Shown here: positions 41,763-52,046 of the stretch, piece after piece
Numbering within the stretch: the stretch's first letter is position 1
How the letters are laid out: every line of letters starts with the position of its first letter
From: Bacillus thermozeamaize
GTDB lineage: Bacteria > Bacillota > Bacilli > ZCTH02-B2
Reading direction: 5' to 3'
Length of the DNA: 64,000 nucleotides
Assembly: GCA_002159075.1 (NCBI GenBank)
Contig: LZRT01000072.1
Span: 7,096 to 71,095 of the forward strand
The notes under the pieces: model-generated
The model's database searches: none
Told to the model about the DNA's origin: nothing
What the model saw: only the letters and a program-made list of their open reading frames with translations
Made by a program: the position numbers and the translations under genes

Positions 41763-43265
41763 ATGAGCAACCTACAGAACAAAACAGACGTGATCTTGAT
41801 TGGTGCCGGCATCATGAGCGCGACGTTGGGAACCTTGCTGAAAGAGTTGGCGCCGGAATGGGAAATCAAGGTCTTTGAGAAACTCGCAACCGCAGGCGAA
41901 GAAAGCTCCAACGAATGGAATAATGCAGGTACGGGCCATGCCGCACTATGCGAGCTGAACTATACACCCGAAAAACCGGACGGATCGGTAGATATCAGCA
42001 AAGCGATAAAAGTGAATGAACAATTTCAGCTTTCCAAACAGTTTTGGTCTTATCTGGTAAGCCGAAATCTGATTCGGAATCCGCAGGACTTTATCATGCC
42101 CATCCCTCATATGAGTTTCGTACAAGGGGAAAAGAACGTCGCGTTTTTGAAAAAACGGTTTGAAGCGCTGTCAAGCATCCCCCTGTTTAAAGGGATGGAA
42201 TTTTCTGATGATCCTGTTAAGTTAAGAGGGTGGTTTCCGCTGATCATGGAAGGCCGTACCGTGAAGGAACCGATCGCGGCCACAAAAATCGACTCGGGAA
42301 CCGATGTCAACTTCGGTGCGTTAACCCGCATGTTGTTTGACCACTTGAAGCGTCAACACGTCGAGATCCGATACAAGCATCATGTTCAGGATATTAAACG
42401 TGCGGGCGACGGCTCGTGGATCGTGAAAGTGCATGATCTCGACACTGGCAACATCGAATACCATACGGCAAAATTCGTTTTTATCGGCGCTGGGGGCGGA
42501 AGTCTGCCGTTGCTGCAAAAAACCGGTATTCCTGAGTCAAAACGGATTGGCGGATTCCCGGTAAGCGGACTGTTTATGGTATGTAAAAATCCGGAAGTGA
42601 TCGCCAAGCACCATGCCAAAGTGTACGGGAAAGCCAAGGTTGGTGCTCCTCCCATGTCGGTGCCGCATCTTGACACCCGATATATTGATAACCAAAAAAC
42701 GTTGCTGTTTGGACCGTTTGCCGGCTTCTCACCAAAGTTCTTGAAAACGGGTTCCTATTTTGATCTGATCCGTTCCGTAAAACCGCATAATATCCTGACG
42801 ATGTTGGCGGCGGGCGTAAAAGAGATGGCGTTGACAAAGTATCTGATCCAGCAAGTGATGCTATCGAATGAGCAGCGCATGGAAGAATTGCGCGAGTTTG
42901 TTCCGACCGCCAGAAGGGAAGATTGGGAGATCGTGGTCGCCGGCCAACGTGTGCAGGTGATCAAAGATACAAAGGAAGGCGGCAGAGGAACCCTGCAATT
43001 CGGTACGGAAGTGGTTACTGCCGCTGACGGCTCGGTAGCCGCGTTGCTCGGCGCTTCTCCGGGCGCTTCTACTGCCGTTTATGTGATGCTTGAGGTATTG
43101 GAAAAATGCTTCCCGAAACAAATGAAAGTATGGGAACCGAAAATCAAAGAAATGATTCCTTCCTATGGCGTCTCACTCGCGGAAAACCCGGATCTTTTGC
43201 AGGAAATTCATGCTTCAACCTCGCAGACGCTGGGTCTGACCGAAAGCGAACTGGTTTACAGTTAA
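41763..43265 (+). CDS. mqo: Malate:quinone oxidoreductase
   Basis: [38 protein letters not shown] and LLGASPGAS. Confidence 0.97.
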   Translation: MSNLQNKTDVILIGAGIMSATLGTLLKELAPEWEIKVFEKLATAGEESSNEWNNAGTGHAALCELNYTPEKPDGSVDISKAIKVNEQFQLSKQFWSYLVSRNLIRNPQDFIMPIPHMSFVQGEKNVAFLKKRFEALSSIPLFKGMEFSDDPVKLRGWFPLIMEGRTVKEPIAATKIDSGTDVNFGALTRMLFDHLKRQHVEIRYKHHVQDIKRAGDGSWIVKVHDLDTGNIEYHTAKFVFIGAGGGSLPLLQKTGIPESKRIGGFPVSGLFMVCKNPEVIAKHHAKVYGKAKVGAPPMSVPHLDTRYIDNQKTLLFGPFAGFSPKFLKTGSYFDLIRSVKPHNILTMLAAGVKEMALTKYLIQQVMLSNEQRMEELREFVPTARREDWEIVVAGQRVQVIKDTKEGGRGTLQFGTEVVTAADGSVAALLGASPGASTAVYVMLEVLEKCFPKQMKVWEPKIKEMIPSYGVSLAENPDLLQEIHASTSQTLGLTESELVYS

Positions 43266-43466
43266 TCTTTTGGCTGTAGAAACAAGGGCTTGGATGAAAA
43301 AACAGAGATATGGAATTTATTGGAAATTCTTCGCCAAGAACTTTTGATCTGCCTTTGGATCGAAGGTTCTTTTTTTGAGAAGTTTTCAACTGTGGTTCAA
43401 ATCATGGGCCGTTACTCAAAAGAAATGGCCTGATGGAACAAATGGGGAAGGGGAAAACAGAGGCGG

Positions 43467-43826
43467 ATGAAGCGGTTATGTATTGTCCCATGCGGTTCGA
43501 AGAAGGTATGGGATAAAGCGCCGTCCATAGGGGCGACAGAAGCCAGACATGCCTATATCGGCACTTTTCATAAAGCATGTCAGCAATATGCGCTTCAATT
43601 TTTTAGCGATTGGGTGATCCTTTCGGCAAAATATGTTTTTGACAACAGCAAATTGGCATATCCGCTAAGTGATTGCAAAGGAATAGGGTTCATGGTTCAG
43701 AAACTGCAAAGAGCCGTTCAAGAGAAAAAGGAGATTTTATTCACCCCTTCTTCAAAAAGACAGAGCTTCATCGAAGTGGGGAAGTCCGATGAAGCCCAGC
43801 GCAGGATTTCTCTGCAAGAAAGGTGA
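43467..43826 (+). pseudogene. DUF6884-like protein, apparently internally deleted
   Basis: CIVPCGSKKVWD...WVILSAKY joins directly to VF...PL.DCKGIG. The GF...YD middle segment I recall for this family is absent. Confidence 0.5.
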
Positions 43827-43970
43827 TTCGGGAAATTCATAATAGAACGTTAGAACATGGAACGTTAGAACGTTTGATGAGATGGCGGTTGAAGAAACGG
43901 AGGCAGCGGAAACTGAAATAGGCGATGTGAATAGATAGCGATGTGAATAGAGGGTGATATTGCAGCCGTT

Positions 43971-44573
43971 TCATCCTTTCGCCTTCAACAATCTCAAAAC
44001 CATGTCGGCATCCGGCAGCGGACAATCTTTCCATTGGATCTTGCTGATGGCCAGACCCTGAATCAGGGAATAGTAGAGGACCGCCAATTTTTCCGGATCG
44101 TCCTGCAGGATTTCCCCGGTTTGTTGACCGGCTTTGATTAAAGGCAAGGTGGCCTTGATGGCGGAAAAGGCGAGCCCATCGTCCATCATTTGTTTCACTT
44201 CCTCGGGTATCGCATCAGATGTAAAAGCTTGCATCATGATCAAAAAGAGATACGCCCCCTCGCCGGCAATATGCTGCAAAATCATGTGCGTCATCCAACG
44301 CAGTTTTTGCAGAGGGGACCCCTCTTGTTGTTGCGCGTATTGAACGACGAGAGATGACCCTTGCAATGCCTTTTTTACCAGTGTGACGAAAATGTCTTCT
44401 TTGGATTTGAAGTAATGATAAACCAGACCGTGGCTTAATCCCGCTTCAGCGGCAATGTCGCTGATTTTGGCGGCGGCCATGCCCTTGCGGGCAAACACTT
44501 TCAACGCTGCTTGAAGAATCTGTTCCCTGCGTTCATCCCGGATTTGCTGATTTTGTTCTTCCGTTCTGGGCAT
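43971..44573 (-). CDS. TetR/AcrR family regulator
   Basis: ILQAALKVFARKG...IAAEAGLSHGLVYHYFKSKE. Confidence 0.93.
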   Translation of the reverse strand: MPRTEEQNQQIRDERREQILQAALKVFARKGMAAAKISDIAAEAGLSHGLVYHYFKSKEDIFVTLVKKALQGSSLVVQYAQQQEGSPLQKLRWMTHMILQHIAGEGAYLFLIMMQAFTSDAIPEEVKQMMDDGLAFSAIKATLPLIKAGQQTGEILQDDPEKLAVLYYSLIQGLAISKIQWKDCPLPDADMVLRLLKAKG

Positions 44574-44588
44574 GCGCTGTTCCCCCGT

Positions 44589-45776
44589 TTATCTGTTTGC
44601 GGCGTACATTTTGGCAAAGATTTTTCCTTTCCACGGCATTTTGTCCAAAACCCGCATATTCCAGTAAAACAGGTGCTTGAGAAGTTTGCTGCCATTCAAG
44701 CGTTGCATGGCCTTTTCCTGCCGGACCTGACCTTCCTGCAGTTTGTCGATTTCGTCCCTTCGCATCTGTTCAAACGCGATCAATTTGTCCCGGGAAAAAT
44801 CTTGGTCTTGTATGGCGTCCCAGATGATTGGTGCAAGAACGTCCGCATCTTTCATCGCCGCATTGACGCCGATTCCGCCGGCCGGGCTCATCGTATGCGC
44901 GGCGTCACCCATGATGATCAAGCCATTCTTCACCCAGGTTTCACATGTGCAGCTTTGCACGGGAAGGCACATAAAATCATTCCAATCGCAAATATGCCGC
45001 TCCACATATGGCTTTAATTCCGGCGCGGCTTTGATTAACGTGTCGATAAATGGCCGGAAATCCTGTTTCTTGAGGGAAGGGAACGATCCTTCCGCAATTT
45101 GCCAGCCAATCTGCAAGAAACCGCCGGTGCAGGCAAAAAGGGTAATTTGCGTATGATCGACGAGAACCATCCGCATCGTCGGCTCCCAATCGGGCGGAGC
45201 CGGAATTTTGGCCCATAGCACATCGTAACCGTGCTTCTTGATTTTTGTCGGAATGCCGGCCAGTTTTCTTACGCTGGAATGCCTTCCATCGGCCCCCACG
45301 ACAATTTTGCTGCGCACCTCCACTTCGCCGTCTTTGCTTTTCGCTTTCAACCCCGTCACCCGGTCCTGCTCCATCATTAACTCCTTGACGGTTGTATTCA
45401 TCAGCAATTCAAAACAGCCGGTTTGCCGCGCTTCTTCAATTAGCGCGCTGAGCAGGTGCTGATGGGGGAAGTGAATGCCGACATGCTCGATGCCAAACAG
45501 CTCGGGCGTGATGGACATCACTCTTTTGGCGCCGTGAAAAAATTCGACCCTTTTCATCGGCAAAATCCCCAGTTCCTTCACCTTGTCAAACAGCCGGTAT
45601 TTCTTTAATAAGGTTGCCACATCGCCATGAAGGTGTTCGCCGCGGAATTCACGGTCAAGTTCCGCATGGCGTTCGATGAGCAGGGTTTTAATCCCTTTGC
45701 GGGCCAGCAGAAACCCCAGGAATGCGCCGGCTGGACCCGCGCCGACAATACATACGTCCACATTGTAATGCGCCAT
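44589..45776 (-). CDS. FAD-dependent oxidoreductase/monooxygenase (UbiH-like group A fold)
   Basis: GAGPAG, VGADGRHS and GDAAHTMSPAGGIGVN. Confidence 0.9.
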   Translation of the reverse strand: MAHYNVDVCIVGAGPAGAFLGFLLARKGIKTLLIERHAELDREFRGEHLHGDVATLLKKYRLFDKVKELGILPMKRVEFFHGAKRVMSITPELFGIEHVGIHFPHQHLLSALIEEARQTGCFELLMNTTVKELMMEQDRVTGLKAKSKDGEVEVRSKIVVGADGRHSSVRKLAGIPTKIKKHGYDVLWAKIPAPPDWEPTMRMVLVDHTQITLFACTGGFLQIGWQIAEGSFPSLKKQDFRPFIDTLIKAAPELKPYVERHICDWNDFMCLPVQSCTCETWVKNGLIIMGDAAHTMSPAGGIGVNAAMKDADVLAPIIWDAIQDQDFSRDKLIAFEQMRRDEIDKLQEGQVRQEKAMQRLNGSKLLKHLFYWNMRVLDKMPWKGKIFAKMYAANR

Positions 45777-45791
45777 GATTCATCCACCTTT

Positions 45792-45857
45792 TTGATTGAA
45801 TATCAAGTCAACCAAAAACCATGATTACACTATAATCCGCTTTTTTGTCAAAGTCAA
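45792..45857 (-). promoter_or_regulatory. SigA-type promoter and putative TetR operator
   Basis: Minus-strand TTGACT-17-TATAGT; imperfect palindrome TTGATTGAATATCAAGTCAA at 45792-45811, beside the RBS. Confidence 0.5.
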
Positions 45858-46011
45858 TAGCGAAGGGAAAAATTTTTGTTTGTGGCGAATGTGTGGATTC
45901 AGATCCAAATGCAGGCAGCGTGATAAATAATTGAGGTTCCCGGCGAGTTCAAACGCTCATTTGCGAACCGCCATTCTCAGATGCCAGTGATACGTGGGTA
46001 CGGAGATCTGC

Positions 46012-47151
46012 TTAAGGCTTGGCCGCAGAAGCCCCTCCGCTTCCGGCCGGGCGTCTCCCTTGCGGGCGGTTCCGGGTCAGCAGCCGCTTGGCCCACTGCA
46101 CGACGATGGCCAGGATGGGAATGCCGAGTGCCGTAACGAAGTAGTAACCGGGCGCCGTATACATGACGTATTCCAGCAATCTTCCGCTGTTTTCCATCAG
46201 AAAAAACGTCCCGGTTCCGACCGCCAGCGCCCCGGCCGTCACAAACGGACGGTAACTCTTGCAGCCAAACAGCGACTGAACGGCAACCAGCATGGTGTAG
46301 AAAAGTGCCGCCACGTTGAGGAACATGGTGGTGATCACGGTGATCACGTACAGCGGGTCGAGCCGTTCCAAAAAGGTGCCGATCCGAATGGTACGGATCA
46401 CTTCCAAAACGGGAAACAGAGAGGACGATCGGATCGGACCGAGCACCAGTGATGTCACCGACTCGGCCAGCAGGCCGGTCAAGCCCACCGCGACGCCGGA
46501 GATCAGCACATCCTTGCCCATTTTCCGGGGTTCTTTCAGGTTGCGTACCATCAGAAGCGCGATGATGAAATTGGTGGCAAACATCCAGGGAACCAGGGAG
46601 GCTCTGAGGACGGGCGAAAATCCGTCGGCCAACAGAGGCAAGACGTTGGAAAAATCGGCGTTCTGCAGAGCCAGCAGGTACAACGCGAATGTCGTGCCGA
46701 TGGCCCATGGAGATATGATCTCCGCCACCCGTCCCACGACCTCTATTCCCTTAAACACCGCGTAGATCACCGGCACCATAAAAACGGCAGCCGAAACATA
46801 AATCGGCGTATTCGGGAAAAAGTTGATGGTGACAAACAGGGTCATCTCCCGGAAAATCAGACAGTTGTTGAGAAACATCCAGACGAGCAGCCAAACCCCC
46901 AGAACCCGGCCGGGCCATGGACCAAACGCCGTTTGCAACGCTTCAATCAGATTCTGCCCGGGAAAGACGCGGACAAAGAGATAGACGATGCCGGAGAGGA
47001 AAAAAGTCCCCAGAATAAAAATCGGTCCCACCATCCAGGCATCGTGGATCACAAACTGCGCGATGGTCAACGGAAGGAGTAAAATTCCCGTCCCGATGAC
47101 GAGCCAGAACATCAGAAAGATGAATTGCAACCGGGATATTTGTTCGTACAT
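46012..47151 (-). CDS. Germinant receptor B subunit (GerAB/KB family)
   Basis: IGTGILLLP, HDAW, PNTP and FLERLD; about 10 TM segments. Confidence 0.88.
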   Translation of the reverse strand: MYEQISRLQFIFLMFWLVIGTGILLLPLTIAQFVIHDAWMVGPIFILGTFFLSGIVYLFVRVFPGQNLIEALQTAFGPWPGRVLGVWLLVWMFLNNCLIFREMTLFVTINFFPNTPIYVSAAVFMVPVIYAVFKGIEVVGRVAEIISPWAIGTTFALYLLALQNADFSNVLPLLADGFSPVLRASLVPWMFATNFIIALLMVRNLKEPRKMGKDVLISGVAVGLTGLLAESVTSLVLGPIRSSSLFPVLEVIRTIRIGTFLERLDPLYVITVITTMFLNVAALFYTMLVAVQSLFGCKSYRPFVTAGALAVGTGTFFLMENSGRLLEYVMYTAPGYYFVTALGIPILAIVVQWAKRLLTRNRPQGRRPAGSGGASAAKP

Positions 47152-47160
47152 GCCATCCCC

Positions 47161-47394
47161 CTACAGTGCGACGTAGATCCATTCCGTCAGCGGCCGGAAC
47201 AACCGCTCAAGGATCTCCAGAGGATAGATCCGTTGATTTGCGCCTGTGTAATATAAGGTGGCAAACAGGACGCCCACGGCAACCAGCCCCAGCAACACCA
47301 CGCATTCGCGCTTTTCCCCCTTTTTCCAGGCGAAGTATCCTTGCATCGCCGCTCCTGCGGCATAGCACAGCACGATCCCAATAAACACGGTCAA
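47161..47394 (-). CDS. Small 2-TM protein, putative germinant receptor D subunit
   Basis: 77 aa with two hydrophobic segments and a PLEILERLFRPL tail; TTG start overlaps the gerAC-type stop. Confidence 0.65.
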   Translation of the reverse strand: MTVFIGIVLCYAAGAAMQGYFAWKKGEKRECVVLLGLVAVGVLFATLYYTGANQRIYPLEILERLFRPLTEWIYVAL

Positions 47395-48605
47395 TCCCCT
47401 CCCGGAACGGATTTGGGCGGAAACAGTTCGGGCGTGTAGTTGTGCTCCGGCGGCGTGGTCAACATCCCCGGCCGGGTCACATCCACCTGCACGTCTATTT
47501 TCACCGGCACCTTGCCAAACAGCCGGGGCCACTCCTTGGCGTGGGCTCGCCACCACTTTGGATCAACCCGGTACACCGCCGACCCAAACATCGCGCCGTC
47601 CAATTTTCGTTGTTGCAAAAAGGCGACCGTCTTTCTCAATTGTTGCTCCAATTGGCTTCTTACAGCTTTTTTCATCTTCTTGAACGTCTCCGGCTCCAGA
47701 TAGTTCCCGTGGCACATCGTCACAGGCTCGCCGGTCCCGCGGATATGGACGTGAAACGCGATGTCCCCGCCCTTTCGGAGCGGCTTCAGCTCGTGCCGGA
47801 TAAAGCGAATCCGGACGACGCTTTTCCGGTTGGGTTGGTCGCAAGGGAGCTCGACGGTATAGGTTTCGATCTCCCCCCGCAACAGAAGAAGAGATTGGGC
47901 GAGCTGGAACGGAAGCAGTTCCGCCAGCTTGGCGCCGCGAAACAGTCCCACTCCCTTGAGGGTTGCCTTCTCCCGCTCCACATCGACCCAGGTCATGAGC
48001 GGCACATGGGAGGGAGAGAGCAGTTGGTTCAAAAAGATCCTTTCCGTGGTGGGCGCAATCACAAATTCGATGTCCGCCGGCAGGAGCAGCCGCTGCAGCC
48101 CCAGCGCGTTGACCTGTTCCATGCCGCCCACGGTGGCATGGAGCACCTCCTCGGCTGTGCCTGATGTCACGCAAAAAAGCTGTGTGCGGCGGAACTCCCG
48201 GCTCCTGAGAAGGAAGTCCAATACCGGATCGATGCCGTTTTCGGCGTATTCGCGGCCGAACACCACAACCGTGTTGTGCGCAAAATAGAGACGCCGGGGA
48301 GCCACGCGCCGCAAGTTCTCAACCGCCTCCTCCACCGTCCTGCCCTCGGAGGAAAGGTTGATATACTCCTTGCCCCCGCCTCCTCCCCCTTGCTGGCCCA
48401 TGCCTTCCGTTGAGGTTGCCCCGACCACCACGTTCCGCATCTGTACCGTCACCCGCACGTCCTCTCCATCTTTATCGATGCCAAAGCCGACGACGATGTT
48501 CAGGTCGGAGATTTCCGTCAAGTCCCCGCAGGCGGAGAGAACCCATCCGGCAGCAGCCAGCATCAGACAAATGGCCCTTTTGGAAACAGATGTGTTTATC
48601 CGCAA
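47391..48605 (-). CDS. Germinant receptor C subunit lipoprotein (GerAC/KC family)
   Basis: Lipobox LSAC, EISDLNIVVGFGID, YFAHN and REFRR. Confidence 0.88.
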   Translation of the reverse strand: MRINTSVSKRAICLMLAAAGWVLSACGDLTEISDLNIVVGFGIDKDGEDVRVTVQMRNVVVGATSTEGMGQQGGGGGGKEYINLSSEGRTVEEAVENLRRVAPRRLYFAHNTVVVFGREYAENGIDPVLDFLLRSREFRRTQLFCVTSGTAEEVLHATVGGMEQVNALGLQRLLLPADIEFVIAPTTERIFLNQLLSPSHVPLMTWVDVEREKATLKGVGLFRGAKLAELLPFQLAQSLLLLRGEIETYTVELPCDQPNRKSVVRIRFIRHELKPLRKGGDIAFHVHIRGTGEPVTMCHGNYLEPETFKKMKKAVRSQLEQQLRKTVAFLQQRKLDGAMFGSAVYRVDPKWWRAHAKEWPRLFGKVPVKIDVQVDVTRPGMLTTPPEHNYTPELFPPKSVPGGD

Positions 48606-48624
48606 TCTTGTCACCCTCCAGCGT

Positions 48625-50154
48625 TTAGGGGATCCTCTTGTCGGCCGGCTCGTACAAATGAGGCCGTTTTTTGACATTCCGGAAGGGTGCCCTGAAAAAC
48701 AAGTCCTTGTGATCCTCCGCCTGCGACCAGACGAAAGGCGTGATCGGTGCCAGGTACGGCACCCCGAACGACCGCAGCGACGCCAGGTGAATCAGGAGCA
48801 GCAATACCATCAGGATGATGCCGTAGAGTCCAAAAAACCCGGCATCGATGATGAAGATGAAGCGGAGGATGCGCGACGTGAGCCCCAGGTGGTAGTACGG
48901 TACGGAAAAGGAGGCAATCCCCGTCAGGGAAACGACCATGACGACCAGCGGAGAGACCAGTCCCGCTGATACCGCCGCGTCTCCAATCACCAGTGCCCCT
49001 ACGATGCTGACCGACTGCCCGATGGACCGGGGCAAGCGAAGCCCCGCCTCGCGCAGCGCTTCGAAGATCACTTCCATGATCAGCACCTCCGCCACGGTGG
49101 GAAACGGTATGCCTTCGTGGCTCGCCGCGATGGTAATCAAGAGCCGGCTCGGCAGCATTTCCTGGTGATAGCTCAACAGCGCGACGTACAATGCGGGCAG
49201 CAACATCGAAAGCCAGAAGAGGACGTGCCGGAGCACACGGATGACAGTGGCTACGAGATAATTCTCGTAATAGTCTTCGCTTGACTGCAAAAAACTGAAA
49301 AGTGTTGTCGGCACCAAAATGCTCATGGGGGAACCGTCCACGAGAAGCACGGCACGCCCTTGCAGGAGGGAGGAGGCGATCACGTCGGGACGCTCCGTGA
49401 ATTGCACGGTGGGAAAGAGGGTCCGGGGCGCATCACGGATGTACTCGGCGACGTAATTGCTTTCCAGGATCCCGTCCAGCTGTACCTTTTTCAGCCGCTG
49501 TTTCAGTTCCGTTACAATGCTTGGCTTGATGATGCCCTCGACGTAGAGCAGGGCGATACGGGTGCGGGTTACTGTTCCTCTGGTCTCCATTTCCATCTTG
49601 AGGCGGGGGCTTCTGATCCGTTTGCGGATGAGGCCGATGTTTTGTTCGATGTCCTCGATGAACGCCTCCTGCGGTCCCAGGACCGCTGCTTCGACGACGG
49701 GCCGCTCGACTTGCCGCCCTGGCGTTTTGATGAGTTCCACGATGGCTGCTCCGGCAATCCCTTCCGCGAAGACGGCCACTTTCCCTGCGGCCAGACAGGC
49801 GTCAACATCCCGCCACCCCGTTTTCCACTGGAGGCTTCCAACCTGGAGGAGATTGCCCAGCTGCGCCTGTGAGACAATCCGCCTGTCCGCGCGGGTGAGC
49901 GGTTCCACGATGCCCTCCTGCAGCAACAGTTTGTCCACCAGGGTGTCCAGCCACACGATGGCCAAGCGGTTGCCCCCTGCATCCAGCCGGCGGATCTCCA
50001 GATCGTGGCACTTCTCCCACACATTGGACAGATGGGACAACGTCTCATCCAGATCGGGCGACACTTCGCGATCCGGTTGATCGGCGGGAATGTTCCACAC
50101 TTTTGGCTGTTTGCGCGCTTTCACTTTGGAGCGCCGCTTCCTTCTCACGACCAT
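48625..50154 (-). CDS. Germinant receptor A subunit (GerAA/KA family)
   Basis: GPQEAFIE, TERPD, EALREAGLRLP and SFGVPYLAP. Confidence 0.93.
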   Translation of the reverse strand: MVVRRKRRSKVKARKQPKVWNIPADQPDREVSPDLDETLSHLSNVWEKCHDLEIRRLDAGGNRLAIVWLDTLVDKLLLQEGIVEPLTRADRRIVSQAQLGNLLQVGSLQWKTGWRDVDACLAAGKVAVFAEGIAGAAIVELIKTPGRQVERPVVEAAVLGPQEAFIEDIEQNIGLIRKRIRSPRLKMEMETRGTVTRTRIALLYVEGIIKPSIVTELKQRLKKVQLDGILESNYVAEYIRDAPRTLFPTVQFTERPDVIASSLLQGRAVLLVDGSPMSILVPTTLFSFLQSSEDYYENYLVATVIRVLRHVLFWLSMLLPALYVALLSYHQEMLPSRLLITIAASHEGIPFPTVAEVLIMEVIFEALREAGLRLPRSIGQSVSIVGALVIGDAAVSAGLVSPLVVMVVSLTGIASFSVPYYHLGLTSRILRFIFIIDAGFFGLYGIILMVLLLLIHLASLRSFGVPYLAPITPFVWSQAEDHKDLFFRAPFRNVKKRPHLYEPADKRIP

Positions 50155-50362
50155 TCCCCCCTTGCACTCCCAGGTTATCCATACCTTTCCACTGATTCCG
50201 CCATTTTATGTAATCTCTGGCGAATGACGGATTTGGGATTTGAATTCTGAAATTTTGGATGTTACATTGAAGATGTTACAGAAATCCCGCGCGAAAGCCC
50301 ACTCCTTCAGAAGTGGTATGAAGTGTGTTGGAGTTTATTCGTTGAACCGATACAATTATGGC

Positions 50363-50762
50363 ATGGGACAAGAATATCGCCATACGAAAACTACCGTATC
50401 GCTCATCAACTATCATTTCGTGTTCTGTCCGCGATATCGGCGGAAAGTTCTCGTTGGTCAAGTGGAATCACGGTTCAAGGAACTGGCAAGCGAGATTTGC
50501 GCCCAAAACGACTGGCTGATTCTTGCGATGGAAATTTATGCCGGATCATGTTCATTTGTTTCTCAATTGTCTCTCGACAGATTCGCCTTCCAGAATGATG
50601 GCGACGATCAAGGGGATCACATCCAGGCGACTGCGTGAAGAATTCCCGCATCTAAGACACCTTCACAGTCTATGGACGCGTTCCTTCTTTGTGAGTACGG
50701 CAGGAAACGTGTCCAGCGATACGATCCGCTGGTATGTCGAAGCACAGAGGAAGCGCGGGTGA
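50363..50762 (+). pseudogene. tnpA: Y1 HUH transposase TnpA, +1 frameshift near 50537
   Basis: INYHFVFCPRYRRKVL in one frame; MPDHVHLF...[12 protein letters not shown]...YVEAQ in the next. Junction reads ATG GAA ATT T ATG CCG. Confidence 0.88.
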
Positions 50763-51880
50763 ACGAGGTGCACAAAGCCTATTCCTTCCGTCTCTATCCG
50801 ACAAAAGAACAGGAACAGCAAATTCGGCGCACCATCGGGTGCTGCCGGTTTGTGTTCAACCATTTCCTCGCACGGCGGAAAGAAGCCTATGAGCGGGACG
50901 GCACCACCCTGAACCAATACGCCTGTATGAGCGAACTCCCTGCGTTGAAACAACAGTGCCCCTGGCTTCAAGAAGTGGATTCCACGGCCTTGCAACGGAC
51001 GGTGGAAGAGTTGGACGACGCTTTCCAGAGGTTCTTCCGGGAGAAGAAAGGCTACCCGCGCTTCAAGAGCAAGAAACACCCAAAGCAGTCCTACACCTCG
51101 AAACGGAATGGCAGAGAGGACACCAAGGCGACTATCCGCATTGAGGACAACCAGATTCGGCTTCCGAAGGTAGGATGGGTGAAGTTCGCCAAATCCAGGG
51201 AAGTGCAGGGACGCATTCTCTCGGCCACGGTTCGTCTGGCGCCTTCGGGTAAATTCTTCGTCTCTGTGTTGGTGGATACGGAGATTCAGCCTCTAGAGCC
51301 GCGGACGAACGCCGTTGGCCTCGACCTGGGACTGCTGGATTTCGCCGTGCTCAGTATCGGAGAGAAGATCCCGAACCCTCGACACCTTCGGAAACTCGAA
51401 GGGAAACTGAAACGCTGGCAGCGCATTCTTTCCCGCCGGAAACCGGGTGGGAAGAACCGGGAGAAGGCCCGGTTGAAAGCGGCCCGGCTCCACGAGAAGG
51501 TGCGAAACGCCCGGATGGACTTCCTGCACAAGCTGTCCACCCGGCTGATACGCGAGAACCAAGTGATCTGCCTGGAGGGCTTGCAGGTGCAGAACATGCA
51601 GCAGAACCACCGGCTGGCGGGAAGCATCGCCGACGCCAGTTGGTCGGAATTCCGGCGGCAGTTGGAGTACAAAGCAAAGTGGTACGGACGGCAGGTGGTG
51701 ATCGTTTCGCCCGTCTTCCCTTCCAGCCAGCTTTGCTCCTGCTGCGGACACCGAAACACCGGGACGAAGGACCTGTCTGTCCGGCAGTGGACATGTCCGG
51801 TGTGCGGCGAAATCCACGACCGGGATGTCAACGCCGCAAGAAACATTCTGCAAGAAGGCTTGCGTTGTCTGTCCGCCTGA
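50759..51880 (+). CDS. tnpB: RNA-guided endonuclease TnpB
   Basis: KAYSFRLYP, RuvC GLDLG / CLEGL / [11 protein letters not shown], Zn ribbon CSCCG..CPVCG; GTG overlaps the tnpA stop. Confidence 0.95.
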   Translation: MNEVHKAYSFRLYPTKEQEQQIRRTIGCCRFVFNHFLARRKEAYERDGTTLNQYACMSELPALKQQCPWLQEVDSTALQRTVEELDDAFQRFFREKKGYPRFKSKKHPKQSYTSKRNGREDTKATIRIEDNQIRLPKVGWVKFAKSREVQGRILSATVRLAPSGKFFVSVLVDTEIQPLEPRTNAVGLDLGLLDFAVLSIGEKIPNPRHLRKLEGKLKRWQRILSRRKPGGKNREKARLKAARLHEKVRNARMDFLHKLSTRLIRENQVICLEGLQVQNMQQNHRLAGSIADASWSEFRRQLEYKAKWYGRQVVIVSPVFPSSQLCSCCGHRNTGTKDLSVRQWTCPVCGEIHDRDVNAARNILQEGLRCLSA

Positions 51881-52005
51881 GCGGACTGAACCGTGGGACA
51901 CACGGGGATCGCTTGGTGCCGCAAGGCGGAACTCCCGGTTGCGGGAGTGCTCCCAAGAATCCCACGGCTTTAGCCGTGCGGAGTGTCAAATTGAAACTGA
52001 TGTGC
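51830..52005 (+). ncRNA. Predicted TnpB omegaRNA/reRNA scaffold plus flank-derived guide (5' boundary approximate)
   Basis: Hairpins ACTCCCG-GTTG-CGGGAGT and CACGGCT-TT-AGCCGTG precede TCAA; the guide would begin ATTGAAACTGATGTGC. Confidence 0.65.
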
Positions 52006-52046
52006 CTGATCGATTCATATGAGAACGCAAGCGGGGGGAATGGACG

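Larger units (their letters stand above)
50280..51989 (+). mobile_element. IS200/IS605 family element (tnpA pseudogene + tnpB)
   Basis: Left-end hairpin GAAAGCCCACTCCTTCAGAAGTGG follows target TTAC (50276-50279). Right-end hairpin CCCACGGCTTTAGCCGTG ends in TCAA (51986-51989). Removing the element restores a 14-bp tandem repeat. Confidence 0.88.

Noticed and set aside
44785-44798. Noc-binding-site-like TTGTCCCGGGAAAA
   Set aside because: Three mismatches to ATTTCCCGGGAAAT; not distinguishable from background.
50528-50545. Programmed frameshift in tnpA
   Set aside because: No canonical slippery heptamer, and IS200-type TnpA is not known to use frameshifting. A 1-bp insertion or sequencing error is simpler.
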